DNA of 64,000 nt from Octopus sinensis (lineage: Eukaryota), in the NCBI RefSeq assembly GCF_006345805.1, contig NW_021836155.1:4175-68174 (forward strand), given 5' to 3'. Position numbers and translations under genes: made by a program. How positions within the stretch are numbered: position 1 is the first letter of the stretch; each line of letters opens with the position of its first letter. The notes under the pieces were generated by a model. That model made no database searches and was not told the origin of the DNA. It saw nothing but the letters and a program-made list of their open reading frames with translations. This document shows, one piece after another, positions 13,020-24,164 of the stretch.

Positions 13020-13660
13020 AACTCATATCACCCTAAAGAAAGGAAAGGAAAGGACTTTGGATAATGTGACCTGAAAAAGGACTTATGTCTGAATAAAATA
13101 TATTTCTTTATTGCCCACAAGGGGCTAAACATAGAGGGGACAAACAAGGACAGACAAAAGGATTAAGTTGATTACATCGACCCCAGTGTGAAACTGGTAT
13201 TTAATTTATCGACCCCGAAAGGATGAAAGGCAAAGTCGACCTCGGCGGAATTTGAACTCAGAACATAACGGCAGACGAAATACGGCTACGCATCTCGCCC
13301 GGCGTGCTGACGTTTGTGCCAGCTCGCCACCTTTTTTTATGTCTGAATAAAATAAAAATTAGGATGATCAGAGCAAGGGAACTTTTATGTGGTTCCTCAA
13401 TGTGTTAGAAATAACAGTTAAATCGCTCTGAGATCACATCACCCTAACGAAAGGAAAGGACCTTAGGTAATGTAATCCAAAAAATGACATATGCCTGAAT
13501 AAAAATAAATGAAATGATCAGGACGAGGGAACTCTTATGTGGTTGTTGCTTGAAATAGCAGCTAAATTTCTCTAAGATGATGCCATTCTAAGAAAGGAAA
13601 GGGCCTCAGGTACTGTGATCTAAAAAATAGCCCATGTCTGGTTAAAAGATGAGATGGTCA
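13020..13660. repeat. Degenerate ~145-155-bp tandem repeat (3 units) interrupted by a SINE
   Basis: CACCCTAA.GAAAGGAAAGG...ATG.CTG..TAAAA recurs near 13029, 13440 and 13584. Confidence 0.65.
13083..13354 (-). mobile_element. SINE family B with 18-bp TSD
   Basis: Full monomer; TTATGTCTGAATAAAATA at 13083-13100 and 13337-13354. Confidence 0.9.
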
Positions 13661-13968
13661 ACACTGAAATATCACTAATCACTGATCTGCTCTATCAAAG
13701 GTGATTTTTATGTAAATAACAACAGCAACAATAACAACAGAAGTAATTAGAGCACCTAACAGTACTTAATTGATCTGCTAGAAATAGCAGCCAAACTTCC
13801 CTTCACTGACAACTTAAAATCATGAAAAACAGGACATTTTGAATGATAATAGATTTCACAGCTGTCTCCACTAAAGACAGGATGGTACTGGTTGGATTGC
13901 CTTTGATCATAAGTCTACTCCATCAGAGCTGACCTAGGGCTATAAAATAACAGTTATAACAACAACAA

Positions 13969-14288
13969 CTCTCTTATTCTTTTATTTGCTTCAGTCATTT
14001 GACTACGGCCATGCTGGAGCACTGCCTTTAGTCAAGCAAAGCTGGGGGGACAAACAGAAATACAAACACACACACACACACACATACACACACACACACA
14101 CACATACACATATATATATATATATACGACGGGCTTCTTTCAGTTTCTGTCTACCAAATCCACTCACAAGGCTTTGGTTGGAACAAGGCTATAGTAGAAG
14201 ACACTTGCCCAAGATGCCACGCAGTGGGACTGAACCCGGAATCATGTGGTTCGTAAACAAGCTACTTACCACTCAGCCACTTCTGCGC
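13969..14288 (-). mobile_element. SINE family A with internal deletion
   Basis: Head and tail present; about 100 bp of the 3' body missing relative to other copies. Confidence 0.85.
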
Positions 14289-14395
14289 AACTTTTAGTTC
14301 ATCACTTTTTGTTGTTATTGTTTGTTGTTGTTATAAAGGAAGATAGAAAAGGAAGATAGAAAGGTATGAGTGTGGACGGAGAGTGAGAGGTAAGT

Positions 14396-14495
14396 GAGAG
14401 AGAGAGAAAGAGTAGGAGAGAGAGAGAGAGAGTAGGAGAGAGAGAAAAGGAGAGAGAGAGAGAAGGAGAGAGAGAGTAGGAGAGAGAGAGAGAAG

Positions 14496-14528
<33 letters not shown>

Positions 14529-14663
14529 AGAGAGAGAGAGAAGGAAAGAAAGAGGAGAGAGAGAGAGAGAGTAGAAGAGAGAGTAGGAGAGAGAGAGAAG
14601 GAAAGAAATAGGAGAGAGAGAGAGAGAGTAGAAGAGAGAGTAGGAGAGAGAGAGAAGGAGAGA
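14396..14663. repeat. (GA)n-rich purine tract with GAGTAGGAGA subunits
   Basis: About 270 bp of almost pure A/G on the + strand. Confidence 0.9.
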
Positions 14664-15147
14664 GTGGGCATGAGAGGATGAGTTGGAAAAAGAAAGGACA
14701 GAGTGATTTTGTGCGTGTGTATATATGCATGCTCATGTATATATGCATGTTCATTAGTACACACATATAAATATGTATATGAGGCATCACTATCATTGCC
14801 TTTGTTGTAATTAAATGTCAGAATTGGTAAAGTGCCAAACAAGATGTCCCATGGCCTTTCCCTTTTCCTTCTCAGGTTCTGAGTTCAATTTCCACAGGTG
14901 ACCACCCTTTGCAATTTATCCTTTTTCTGGAAGGATAAGACTTAGCAGTCAAGAGATGGGGATGGCTATAATTGTCTATACGAAAGAACTGCATTTTTTT
15001 ACGTCTCGCAGAATTCGTTCTGGCTTTTTACATTCAGAATTCAAAACCCCTGCCTCGGCCGACTTTGCCCTCCGTCCTCTCGGGTTCTGTACAATAAAGT
15101 ACCAATCATGTAACTTGAATTTGCTGACCTTTAGCTTAAATTAGAAA

Positions 15148-15537
15148 CAGGAGTGGCTGTGTGGTAGGTAGCTTGTTTACCAACCACATGGTTCCGGGTT
15201 CAGTCCCACTGCATGGCACCTTGGGCAAGTGTCTTCTACTATAGGCTCGGGCCGACCAATACCTTGTGAGTGGATTTGGTAGACGGAAACTGAAAGAAGC
15301 CCATCGTACATATATATATATGCGTGTGTCTGTGTTTGTCCCCCCAACATTGCTTAACAACTGATGCTGGTGTGTTTATGTCCCCGTTACTTAGCGGTTC
15401 GGCAAAAGAGACCGATAGAATAAGTACTGGGCTTACAAAAGAATAAGTCCCGGGGTCGAGTTGCTCGATTAAAGCTGGTGCTCCAGCATGGCCGCAGTCA
15501 AATGACTGAAACAAGTAAAAGAGTAAAGAGTAAAGAG
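15148..15537 (+). mobile_element. SINE family A, full length
   Basis: Complete match. Confidence 0.9.
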
Positions 15538-15547
15538 AGAGTTATCA

Positions 15548-15920
15548 ATAATGAAACTGTTCTGCATACTCTCATTCAGTGTCTGGGCATTGCCGACTTG
15601 CAGGGTTATGTCGAACAGCTGCTGCCATATGTGGGATGGATCCGTCTGTCAGTTGAGTCTGTAGTGATGATAGCACTACCACCCTCCTTCAATCAGGTAG
15701 GCAAGCAGTTTTCTTTTGCCTGATGGCTGTAGTAAAGAGGTTGTTTGGTGGACAAGGCTGAAAAGAATGAGGACAGATACATTCTTCTTTCGTAGAACGC
15801 TTATTGACTGCTTCAAGTTTCACTTGAAAAAGAGCGAAGTGCTGTCCCCGAGTGGGTTTATTGAAAGGTGGGTGAAAGGTGTAAAAATGGCAAGAGTGAA
15901 TAGTACCTATCTAAGTGTAA
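15548..15920 (+). mobile_element. Tx1/L1-like LINE ORF2 C-terminal remnant
   Basis: NETVLHTLIQC (second half of a zinc knuckle), then across a frameshift KEVVWWTRLK...FKFHLKK...ERWVKGVKMARVN; homologous to the ORF end at 62542-62677 (FKYHLKRK...KRWVNVARMARMN). Confidence 0.65.
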
Positions 15921-16268
15921 CCTATCCCGCTGAAAAAGTCCCTGAATAAGGGTTGTTTAAGGATGTTGAACAAAACACCCATGTTTCCAGAGGTGAATTA
16001 TTCAAACTCCAAAGAATCCCTCTCAAAACATGGCTATGATGCTCCCCAACTACTTCTGCTCATGATCAGAGATGCACATATCGTCAGCCACTAAGGGACA
16101 TGCTCAACTGGTTAAGGTCAAACAACTGACAAGCAAATCTGTGGTATTGAGCAGAATATTTGCTGTAGCCCAACTTTTATACCAAGACAAAACAATGTAC
16201 ATGATAACACTTCCAATCAGTTAAGATCAGAAGCTATGAAAGCCACTGCCTAGTACTGCATCAGGGCA

Positions 16269-16302
<34 letters not shown>

Positions 16303-16303
<1 letters not shown>

Positions 16304-17521
16304 TATGTTTGACTTTTGCTTTATATTTGTACAAGTTGGCTCCAAGTCTCACCCAGAGACCTCAAGAGACAACAGGTTGGAAGTTCATGTTGTTGTTATG
16401 CCTAGTGTTTTGTATTTAGTGTTGTACTAGTGAATGTCTAAAAAAAAAAAACATACGAGAATTATGTTTGTTTTAAAACTTGAGATTACATAGGAAGTAT
16501 TTTGCGTAGGATATGAGCAGTTCCCATGAGCACTATCTTTTGAATTTCTGCTATTTTGGGGTTTCCTGGTATCTGAGTTAGGTAGCAATCAGCCCCTTTT
16601 GCTATCATTCCCAGGGCACCTATGATGACAGGTATTGTTTTAGTCTTCAGGTTCCACATTTTGCTGATTTCTATTTCAAGATCTTTATATTTGCTCAGTT
16701 TCTGGTAGGTCTTGACAGATACGTTTATATCGATTTGGACAGTCATATCAATGAGGAGGCATGTTCTTTGTCTGAATATGATGTCTGGCCTATTTGCATC
16801 TATCTTTCTGTCAGTTTGAATGGTGAAGTTCCAGAGGAGTGAGATGTGGTCATTTTCAAGCACTGGAGGTGGTTTGTGTTCCCACCAGTTTTTTTTCATG
16901 GGGCAAATCCAGGTTTTTGCAAATTACCCAGTGAATATATTGTGCAGCTCTATCATGCCTGTTGAGATATTCTGTAGGCGCTAGAAGACTGCACTTGGAG
17001 ACAACATGATCAATGGTTTCATTTTGTTGTTGACATACACGACATGTTGGGCTACTGCCATTCTTTAATATATTGACCTGGTAGTTCCTTGTTGGTAGGC
17101 ATTGATCTTGAGCTGCTATGATAAACCCTTCTGTTTCAGATTTTAAGTCAGAGGCCATTAGCCATTGATGGCTCAGGGTTTTGTCAACATCTGCATTATT
17201 TGCTCTCTTTGGGTATTTGCCATAGAGAGGTTTTTCTTGCCATTTATCATTCAGAATATCTAAGGCTGCAGATTTAGCACGGGTTTTCATGCGCTTAGCT
17301 TTTTCTGTGCCTGTTTCTTGTATGTCTATCTCTAATTCCGAAATTTGTTGTATTCGGAATTCACTTAGATATTCCTTTGCCTGTTTTGTTACTGAGTATG
17401 ATACTTTCTTGTTTTCATGTTTTGAGACAAGTTTTAACATCCAGTCCTCAGAGTTTTTCAGGTAGGTGTCTAGGCCAATTGTAGCAATCTTCATTGTTAT
17501 TGCTAGTTGTAAAAGTCCTAT
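16303..17521 (-). mobile_element. 5'-truncated RLE-type non-LTR retrotransposon (R4/Dong-like)
   Basis: ORF 16856-17635 has the CCHC knuckle CRVC-x-ETIDHVVSKC followed by RHD; ORF 16486-16899 has the PD-(D/E)xK-type endonuclease (NRPDII...LIDMTV...KLSKYKDL); the two join at a +1 frameshift in the T8 run 16889-16896; 3' UTR ends in (AAT)n. Confidence 0.85.
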
Positions 17522-17529
17522 AATTATTA

Positions 17530-17560
<31 letters not shown>

Positions 17561-17789
17561 TATTATTGGTTGTGAAGTGGATTCCATCAATGTTTTATCA
17601 CTTTTGTTTGAGTCAAATTTTGCTTTTATCAACAATTACTTGAAGAATGTTTTTAGTGGCTTTTTACTTTGAGCAATTGTACAATCACTAATTAGATTAT
17701 TTTAGTTCATGACTTTGTCTGGCAATAGGCAAGTTTGATTTGGTGACATTAAAAGTATTTTGCGAACACAGATTGTTTCACTGCAAAAG

Positions 17790-18200
17790 GTTTGATATTC
17801 TGGACTTGTGTTCCAAATGTAATGATAATTGGTAAATTATATGGTACATACTGATTAGAATATCAACAAAAACCAGACAAGCATTAATTTCAAATGCAAA
17901 TATAAACTGTAAAAGCAAAAACCTGATCAAGTGTATCAAAAGCCTGAGTTGTGAAGAAAATGTATATATTGGCCAGACTGGAAATTCATTATTAGAATGT
18001 ATATGAATACAACAGCAGCAAATCTGGGACAGAAACGTCCATCAGATCCCATTAAATAATCATTTAGAAACATGTAGTAAGAAAATGGTTTTAATATTCC
18101 CACTTTAAAAACTTTACAACTGAAGCAAAGTTAAAAGAAAAATAGACAAGAATTTTACTGAGAAGCTTAAACACTTTCTGAATGGAAAATAATAAAAAGA
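17790..18200 (+). mobile_element. Penelope-like GIY-YIG endonuclease remnant
   Basis: Hand translation: NINCKSKNLIKCIKSLSCEENVYIGQTGNSLLECI*IQQQQIWDRNVHQIPLNNHLETCSKKMVLIFPL*KL; YIGQTG at 17965-17982; in-frame stops. Confidence 0.75.
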
Positions 18201-18569
18201 AGAGCATCAATATTGATTTGAATTTAATTTTACTCAAAGCACTTTAGTAATTTGACAGTATTATTAATGTGAAATGTCTTTTGATCACTTAAAATATTTC
18301 TATGGATAAGCATGATCAATGTCAACTGTATGACAGTGTTCAACAAACTGTTATGATTTAAAGGAAAACTTTGGATGTTTCACAACAGTTATCAAATATG
18401 AAGCACATCAACTGTTTGTTAATGCTTCTGCTACATAAATGTTTACCTGAAGATTGTGAACAACAAGAAAATATGCTGCTTTTCTTTGCAAGATTAGATA
18501 TTTTACTTTGTTGCTTCATTAAAATTTAAGAGCATTTGTAATATTATTATTATTGTAATATATAATGAG

Positions 18570-18840
18570 GCAGTGAAACATTAGCATGCAGGGCAAAATG
18601 CTTGGCGGTATTTGGTCTGCCGCTACGTTTTGAGTTCGAATTCCGCCGGGGTGGACTTTGCTTTTCATCCTTTCGGGGTCAATTAAATAAGTACCAGTTA
18701 CGCACTGGAGTCAATATAATCGACTTAATCGATTTGTCTGTCCTTGCTTGTCCTCTCAGTTGTGTACTGGGGTCAATCTAATCGACTGCTCCTCCCCCTC
18801 AACCTCAAAATTTCACGCCTTGTGCCTAGAGTAGAAAAGA
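18570..18840 (+). mobile_element. SINE family B composite (standard tail start followed by alternative tail)
   Basis: B head and central domain, then CTGGGGTCAATCTAATCGACTG...GTGCCTAGAGTAGAAAAG. Confidence 0.7.
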
Positions 18841-18929
18841 CTATTGCAATATGTAATGCTGTAAAATTGTAAAAATACAAAAATAAAATGAGAAAATCAG
18901 ATAATTTTGTAATTTGACTAATATGCTTC

Positions 18930-19320
18930 AGTTTGGCTGTGTGGTAAGAAGTTTGATTCCAAACCATATGGTCCCAGGTTCACTTCCCATGTGTGGCACC
19001 ATGGGCAAGTGTCTTCAACTACAGCCCCAGGTCAAGCAAAGCCTTGTGAGAGGATTTGGTAAACCGAAACCAAAAGAAACCTATTGTATGTGTGTGTGTC
19101 TTTGTGTCTGTGTTTGTCCCCCACCACTGCATGACAACCGATGTTGGTGTGTTTATGTCCCTGTAACTTAGTGCTTCAGCAAAAGAGACTGATAAAATAA
19201 ATAGGAGGCTTATAGAGAAAAATAAGTACCGGGGTTCATTAGTTTGATGAAAATTCTTCAAGGCAGTGCTCCAACATGGCCACAGTATAATGACTGAAAC
19301 AAGTAAAAGATAAAAGAAAC
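18930..19320 (+). mobile_element. SINE family A variant, diverged
   Basis: Recognisable head, microsatellite and tail with many substitutions. Confidence 0.75.
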
Positions 19321-19809
19321 CCTGGACTCTGTGTGCATGCATGCATGTGTGTGTGTAACTGTTTGTCTGTCTGTGTGTCTGTCTGTGCACCCTTGTCATT
19401 AGATTACATGATGGTTGCAAACATGCATCTCTTTTTATACAATTGACGTCATTCATTTCCAGTCTTCTAAGAAAAACACATCTGTCTGGCCACTGGGAAA
19501 TAGTGCCCTGCCTTGCTTACAGACGAGAGTTGGTGACAGCAAGGCCATCCAGCCGTAGAAAATCTGCCCTTAACGAATTCCATTTGATCCATGCAAGCAT
19601 GGAAAAGTGGACATCAATTGAAGATGACAAGAACGAAGATGAAAGGGTCACACAGCACTGGCTTTCCCCGCGAGCTTCAAATGCTGTCCAGCCATGCCTA
19701 TCTGGGGACAAGTATTTTTAAAACAACACCTTGGACTGGGTAGAAAATAAATATATCACAAAAACACAAAATAAAACAATTTTGATCTTGTCTTATTACA
19801 TAATCTGTA

Positions 19810-20240
19810 CAGGTGTAGGAGTGGCTGTGTGGTAAGTAGCTTGCTTACGAACCACATGGTTCTGGGTTCAGTCCCACTGTGCGGCACCTTGGGCAAGTGT
19901 CTTCTACTATAACCTCGGGCCGACCAAAGCCTTGTGAGTGGATTTGGTAGACGGAAACTGAAAGAAGCCTGTCGTATATATGTATATATATATATATATA
20001 TATATAAGTGTGTGTATATATGTTTGTGTGTCTGTGTTTGTCCCCCTACCATTGCTTGACAACCGATGCTGGTGCGTTACATCCCCGTAACTTAGCGGTT
20101 CGGCAAAAGAGACCGATAGAATAAGTACTGGGCTTACAAAGAATAAGTCCTGGGGTTGATTTGCTCGACTAAAGGCGGTGCTCCAGCATGGCCGCAGTCA
20201 AATGACTGAAACAAGTAAAAGAGTAAAAGATTAAAGAGTA
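19810..20240 (+). mobile_element. SINE family A, full length
   Basis: Complete match. Confidence 0.9.
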
Positions 20241-20615
20241 TATGTAATACGGCCACGATATCTTGCTAGTGAAAATATAACGCAAACTTGTAATTTATTG
20301 CTTTCTATGCAGACTCGCTTAATTGTGTGGGAATTTCAATCACTAAAGCTATGCAATTAAACAGAATAGATTGTATAATTACTATTAGAGTTGAAGAATC
20401 AGTAAAGGGCCAGATGAAATAGGCTTTAGTGTTGAGTTATGTCTCTTTGTGAACTAAGTTCAGCTCCAACAGCAACAGCTCAACCCAAGACCATTAATCC
20501 CTAGGTCGGCTTTGCCTTCTAGTCTTCTTTTCATATCATCTTCCTCGCCCACTTATTCACACAAGAGGGTCACAGAGAGAAGAGTCCATAATTATCCCTT
20601 CTATTGAGTCCTGTC

Positions 20616-21061
20616 AGAAGTAACCCTCTCAGGCAGCAAGCTGGCAGAAACGTTAGCACACCGGGCAAAATGCTTAGCGGTATTTTGTCTGCCGCTACGT
20701 TCTGAGTTCAAATTCTGCCAAGGTCGACTTTGCCTTTCATCCTTTTGGGGTCGATAAATTAAGTACCAGTTACACACTGGGTCGATGTAATCGACTTAAT
20801 ACCTATGTCTGTCCTTGTTTGTCCCCTCTGTGTTTATCCCCTTGTGGGTAATAAAGAAATAGGTATTTTGTCTGCCGCTACGTTCTGAGTTCAAATTCTG
20901 CCAAGGTCGACTTTGCCTTTCATCCTTTTGGGGGTCGATAAATTAAGTACCAGTTACGCACTGGGGTCGATGTAATTGACTTAATCTCTTTGTCTGTCCT
21001 TGTTTGTCCCCTCTATGTTTAGCCCCTTGTGGGCAATAAAGAAATAAGAAGTAAACCTCTC
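20616..21061 (+). mobile_element. SINE family B dimer with 15-bp TSD
   Basis: Full monomer plus a monomer starting at GGTATTTTGTCTGCC; AGAAGTAACCCTCTC (20616-20630) vs AGAAGTAAACCTCTC (21047-21061). Confidence 0.85.
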
Positions 21062-21540
21062 TGATTAATCCAGCTGGATTCCCAAGTGAGAATAAGTAAA
21101 CTCGTGGACATTATCCAACCATCTTGCTTGTGGTCTACCCCTTGGGTCCCCTGTTGGTTAGTCATTGCCAGTAAAACATGACCAACAATTTTTTTCCGCC
21201 TGAGACATTCTTATCATACATGAAACATTTCATAATATAAAGCTTTGAGACTGACTGCATTGAAATGGAATAATTATCAAATATACCACAACACTCTTGT
21301 CTTCATGTACAGTTTTTCCATGCTTGCATGGGTCAGGGAGCATTTGGTGAGATATATTTCCTACAGCCAGATGCCCATCTTGTCACCAAGTCTCACCTGT
21401 ATTCAAGTTAGGTAATATTTCCCCATGACCAGACATGTTTTCGTGGAAGACTGGAAGCAAAAGCACCGCTTGCATGATGGGGACACTCATCTACAGCTAT
21501 CGGACAAGGTCGTTACAAGGAGACAGTGATGCATACACAT

Positions 21541-21585
<45 letters not shown>

Positions 21586-21629
21586 GATAGATACATATGA
21601 CAAGGCCTTTTTTGATTTTCAACCACCAT

Positions 21630-22041
21630 ATAGGTGCAGGAGTGGCTGAGTGGTAAGTAGCTTGTTTACCAACCACATGGTTCCGGGTTCAGTCCCACTG
21701 CGTGGCACCTTGGGCAAGTGTCTTCTACTATAGCCTCGGGCCGACCAAAGCCTTGTGAGTGGATTTGGTAGACGGAAACTGAAAGAAGCCCGTCGTATAT
21801 ATGTATGTATATATATGTATGTGTGTGTGTTTGTGTGTCTGTGTTTGTCCCCCTAGCATTGCATGACAACCGGTGCTGGTGTGTTTATGTCCCCGTCACT
21901 TAGCAGTTCGGCAAAAGAGACCGATAGAATAAGTACTGGGCTTACAAAGAATAAGTCCCGGGGTCGAGTTGCTCGATTAAAGGCGGTGCTCCAGCATGGC
22001 CGCAGTCAAATGACTGAAACAAGTAAAAGAGTAAAAGAGTA
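21630..22041 (+). mobile_element. SINE family A, full length
   Basis: Complete match; followed by a degenerate antisense head fragment (22040-22170). Confidence 0.9.
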
Positions 22042-22198
22042 TATCCACTCGCAAGGCTTTGATTGGCCTAGATCTATTATAGGAAGCCACTTGCCTAAGG
22101 TGTTCCACATTGGAACTGAATCTAAAACCACATGGTTAAACAGTAAACTTCTTACCACACATCTACGCTTACACTATATATATATGTATATGTGTGTA

Positions 22199-22235
<37 letters not shown>

Positions 22236-22259
22236 ATGATGATGATGATGGTGTTGATG

Positions 22260-22409
22260 ATAATTGCTAAAGAAGACAGAAAAAACATTAAGGCAAGGCA
22301 AATATCTCAAGTCGTATGCAATATTATTATAGGAAGAAATAATAATATTGTATACGACTTAAGATGTTTGCCTTGTCTTAATGTTTTTTCTGTCTTCTTT
22401 AGCAATTAT
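22260..22409. repeat. 150-bp fold-back (71-bp arms, 8-nt loop)
   Basis: 22260-22330 is the reverse complement of 22339-22409 with four transition mismatches; loop AGGAAGAA. Confidence 0.9.
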
Positions 22410-22814
22410 ACATCATCCGCTGCATCGGAAATCTGCAGTGGCTTCATAACCATCGTCTCGGCTATAATCTTGGAGCTCTTGTAATCCGTTACAGCACTTA
22501 CCTAGTGCACCTAATCGCTTAAATCACCCGTGAATTAAATCCCCATATTTTGTGTATGTATGTGTATATATATATATAATATATATATATATATTATATA
22601 TATATATATAATAAATATTAGGGAATAAATCCAAACTTACAGGCAAAAATCAGATTTAGGATTGAATCCAATTTTATAGTAAAATATTATATTATATTAA
22701 ATTAGAGACAAAACCACTATTAGGCAAATCAAACAATGAAAGACTTAAGCCAATACATATGATTAATTTATATTATTTAAATATGTAACAATTATTAAAA
22801 AATATAATTAATAT

Positions 22815-22877
22815 CTACTACGATCGTTTCCTGCCTGCTGTCATCAAATTTTCGAGTCGCAGTCATTCATCAGGTGG
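22815..22877 (-). ncRNA. Hammerhead-ribozyme motif, left arm
   Basis: Minus strand CCAC-CTGATGA-(stem II TGACTGC/GCAGGCA)-GAAAC-GATC-GTA-GTAG; perfect ACGATCGT palindrome; one mismatch in stem I. Confidence 0.65.
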
Positions 22878-22932
22878 TTTCAAAATTTTCTTGGCGTTCA
22901 TTGTTTAAAACTCGCCAAGAAAAATTTTGAAA

Positions 22933-22994
22933 CCACCTGATGAATGACTGCGACTCAAAATTTGATGACAGCAGGCAGGAAACGATTGTAGTGG
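22933..22994 (+). ncRNA. Hammerhead-ribozyme motif, right arm
   Basis: CCAC-CTGATGA-...-GAAAC-GATT-GTA-GTGG; perfect 4-bp stem I CCAC/GTGG; stem III palindrome has a C>T change. Confidence 0.65.
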
Positions 22995-23149
22995 ATATTA
23001 ATTATATTTTTTATAATATGTTACATATTTAAATAATATAAATTAATCATATGTATTGGGCTAAGTCTTTCATTGTTTGATTTGCCTAATAGTGGTTTTG
23101 TCTCTAATTTAATATAATATATATAATATATATATATATATTTCAAAAC

Positions 23150-23352
23150 GTGACCTCATGTGTACTGTTGGCTATTTTTTTTCCTCTGTGTCCCTTCTCT
23201 GGATCTTTCCTTCTCCTATGTTTCTGACAAAGAGCTCTGCTCGAAATGTTAAACCCTCCTTCTTTCCTTCTTTCCTGAGCGTCCAATAATACTATATTTG
23301 TTCCACATCCTCGCGTTGTGTTTTTTTCTGCTTTCTTGTTTGGATTAACATT
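23150..23352 (+). mobile_element. Short Penelope-LTR-like element with a degenerate minimal hammerhead (23220-23254)
   Basis: GTTT-CTGACAA-A-GAGC(TCT)GCTC-GAAAT-GTT-AAAC; a second copy lies in reverse at 57291-57472; both are flanked by (TA)n. Confidence 0.65.
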
Positions 23353-23369
23353 ATATATATATATATATA

Positions 23370-23410
<41 letters not shown>

Positions 23411-23844
23411 TGTAGATATAAATACAGCAGTCATCAAGATTTACCTACTTAAATCCTCTCAAATACAGGACATGAAACCCCATCCAAATAAAAGAAAGTA
23501 GATGCTTCGTTAAAGCTGTCAATAGCAATTCACCTTTAGAATGTCAAACAAGCCAAAAGGTACACATTATTTGGCTTTTAATCAGAACTGATCATGTCAT
23601 CGATGCCATGAGGAGTTCAATGCTAAAAACATGGGAGAATTTCAAGTCCTCCACAATAATCTCAAAAACTTAGTGCTGTGAGAATATACAGGACATGGGG
23701 GCATCACAACACTACAGTTGCAATTAGTGCATGACCTGAGAATTTTGCATGAGGAGTAATGCACCATTCTATGTGCATATTACTTAGATGGTTGTAATGT
23801 GCAAGTGATGGAGTGACTGGGCTCTAAGAGCATTCCAAACACAG

Positions 23845-24024
23845 AAAATGGGTACCGTCCAGGGGTTCCGCAAGAAGTTATAAAACTGCTAAAATTGGCA
23901 GTAATTTTTAATTCTCCTGTGCAGATTTGTGTGCATAAGACTATTAAATTATTGCACAGGGGTTCCTCAAGCCAGTGGAATGTTTCCTTGGGGTTCTGCT
24001 CCAGCAAAAAGTTTGTAAAGCACT
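23845..24024. mobile_element. Possible hAT-type MITE fragment
   Basis: Ends in AAAAAGTTTGTAAAGCACTG, resembling hAT CAGTG... termini; the partner TIR was not found. Confidence 0.3.
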
Positions 24025-24164
24025 GATATATATATATATATATATACATGTAAATTAGACAAAAACTCTCTATATATATTTTATATTGTGAAATTTGATT
24101 TAGTACTACTAAATTGAATTTTTCCCTCTAAGTTTGGAATTATATTCCCTAATATTACATATAA

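Larger units (their letters stand above)
22610..23121. mobile_element. Fold-back element (209-bp arms, 16-nt spacer) carrying two hammerhead motifs; probably Penelope-LTR derived
   Basis: 22688-22896 vs 22913-23121 inverted; a unique ~75-bp leader at 22610-22687 is shared with 50281-50350; flanked by (TA)n. Confidence 0.75.

Noticed and set aside
16889-16896. Programmed ribosomal frameshift in the RLE LINE
   Set aside because: R4/Dong-type elements encode knuckle and endonuclease in one ORF; a homopolymer indel (mutation or read error) is the simpler explanation.
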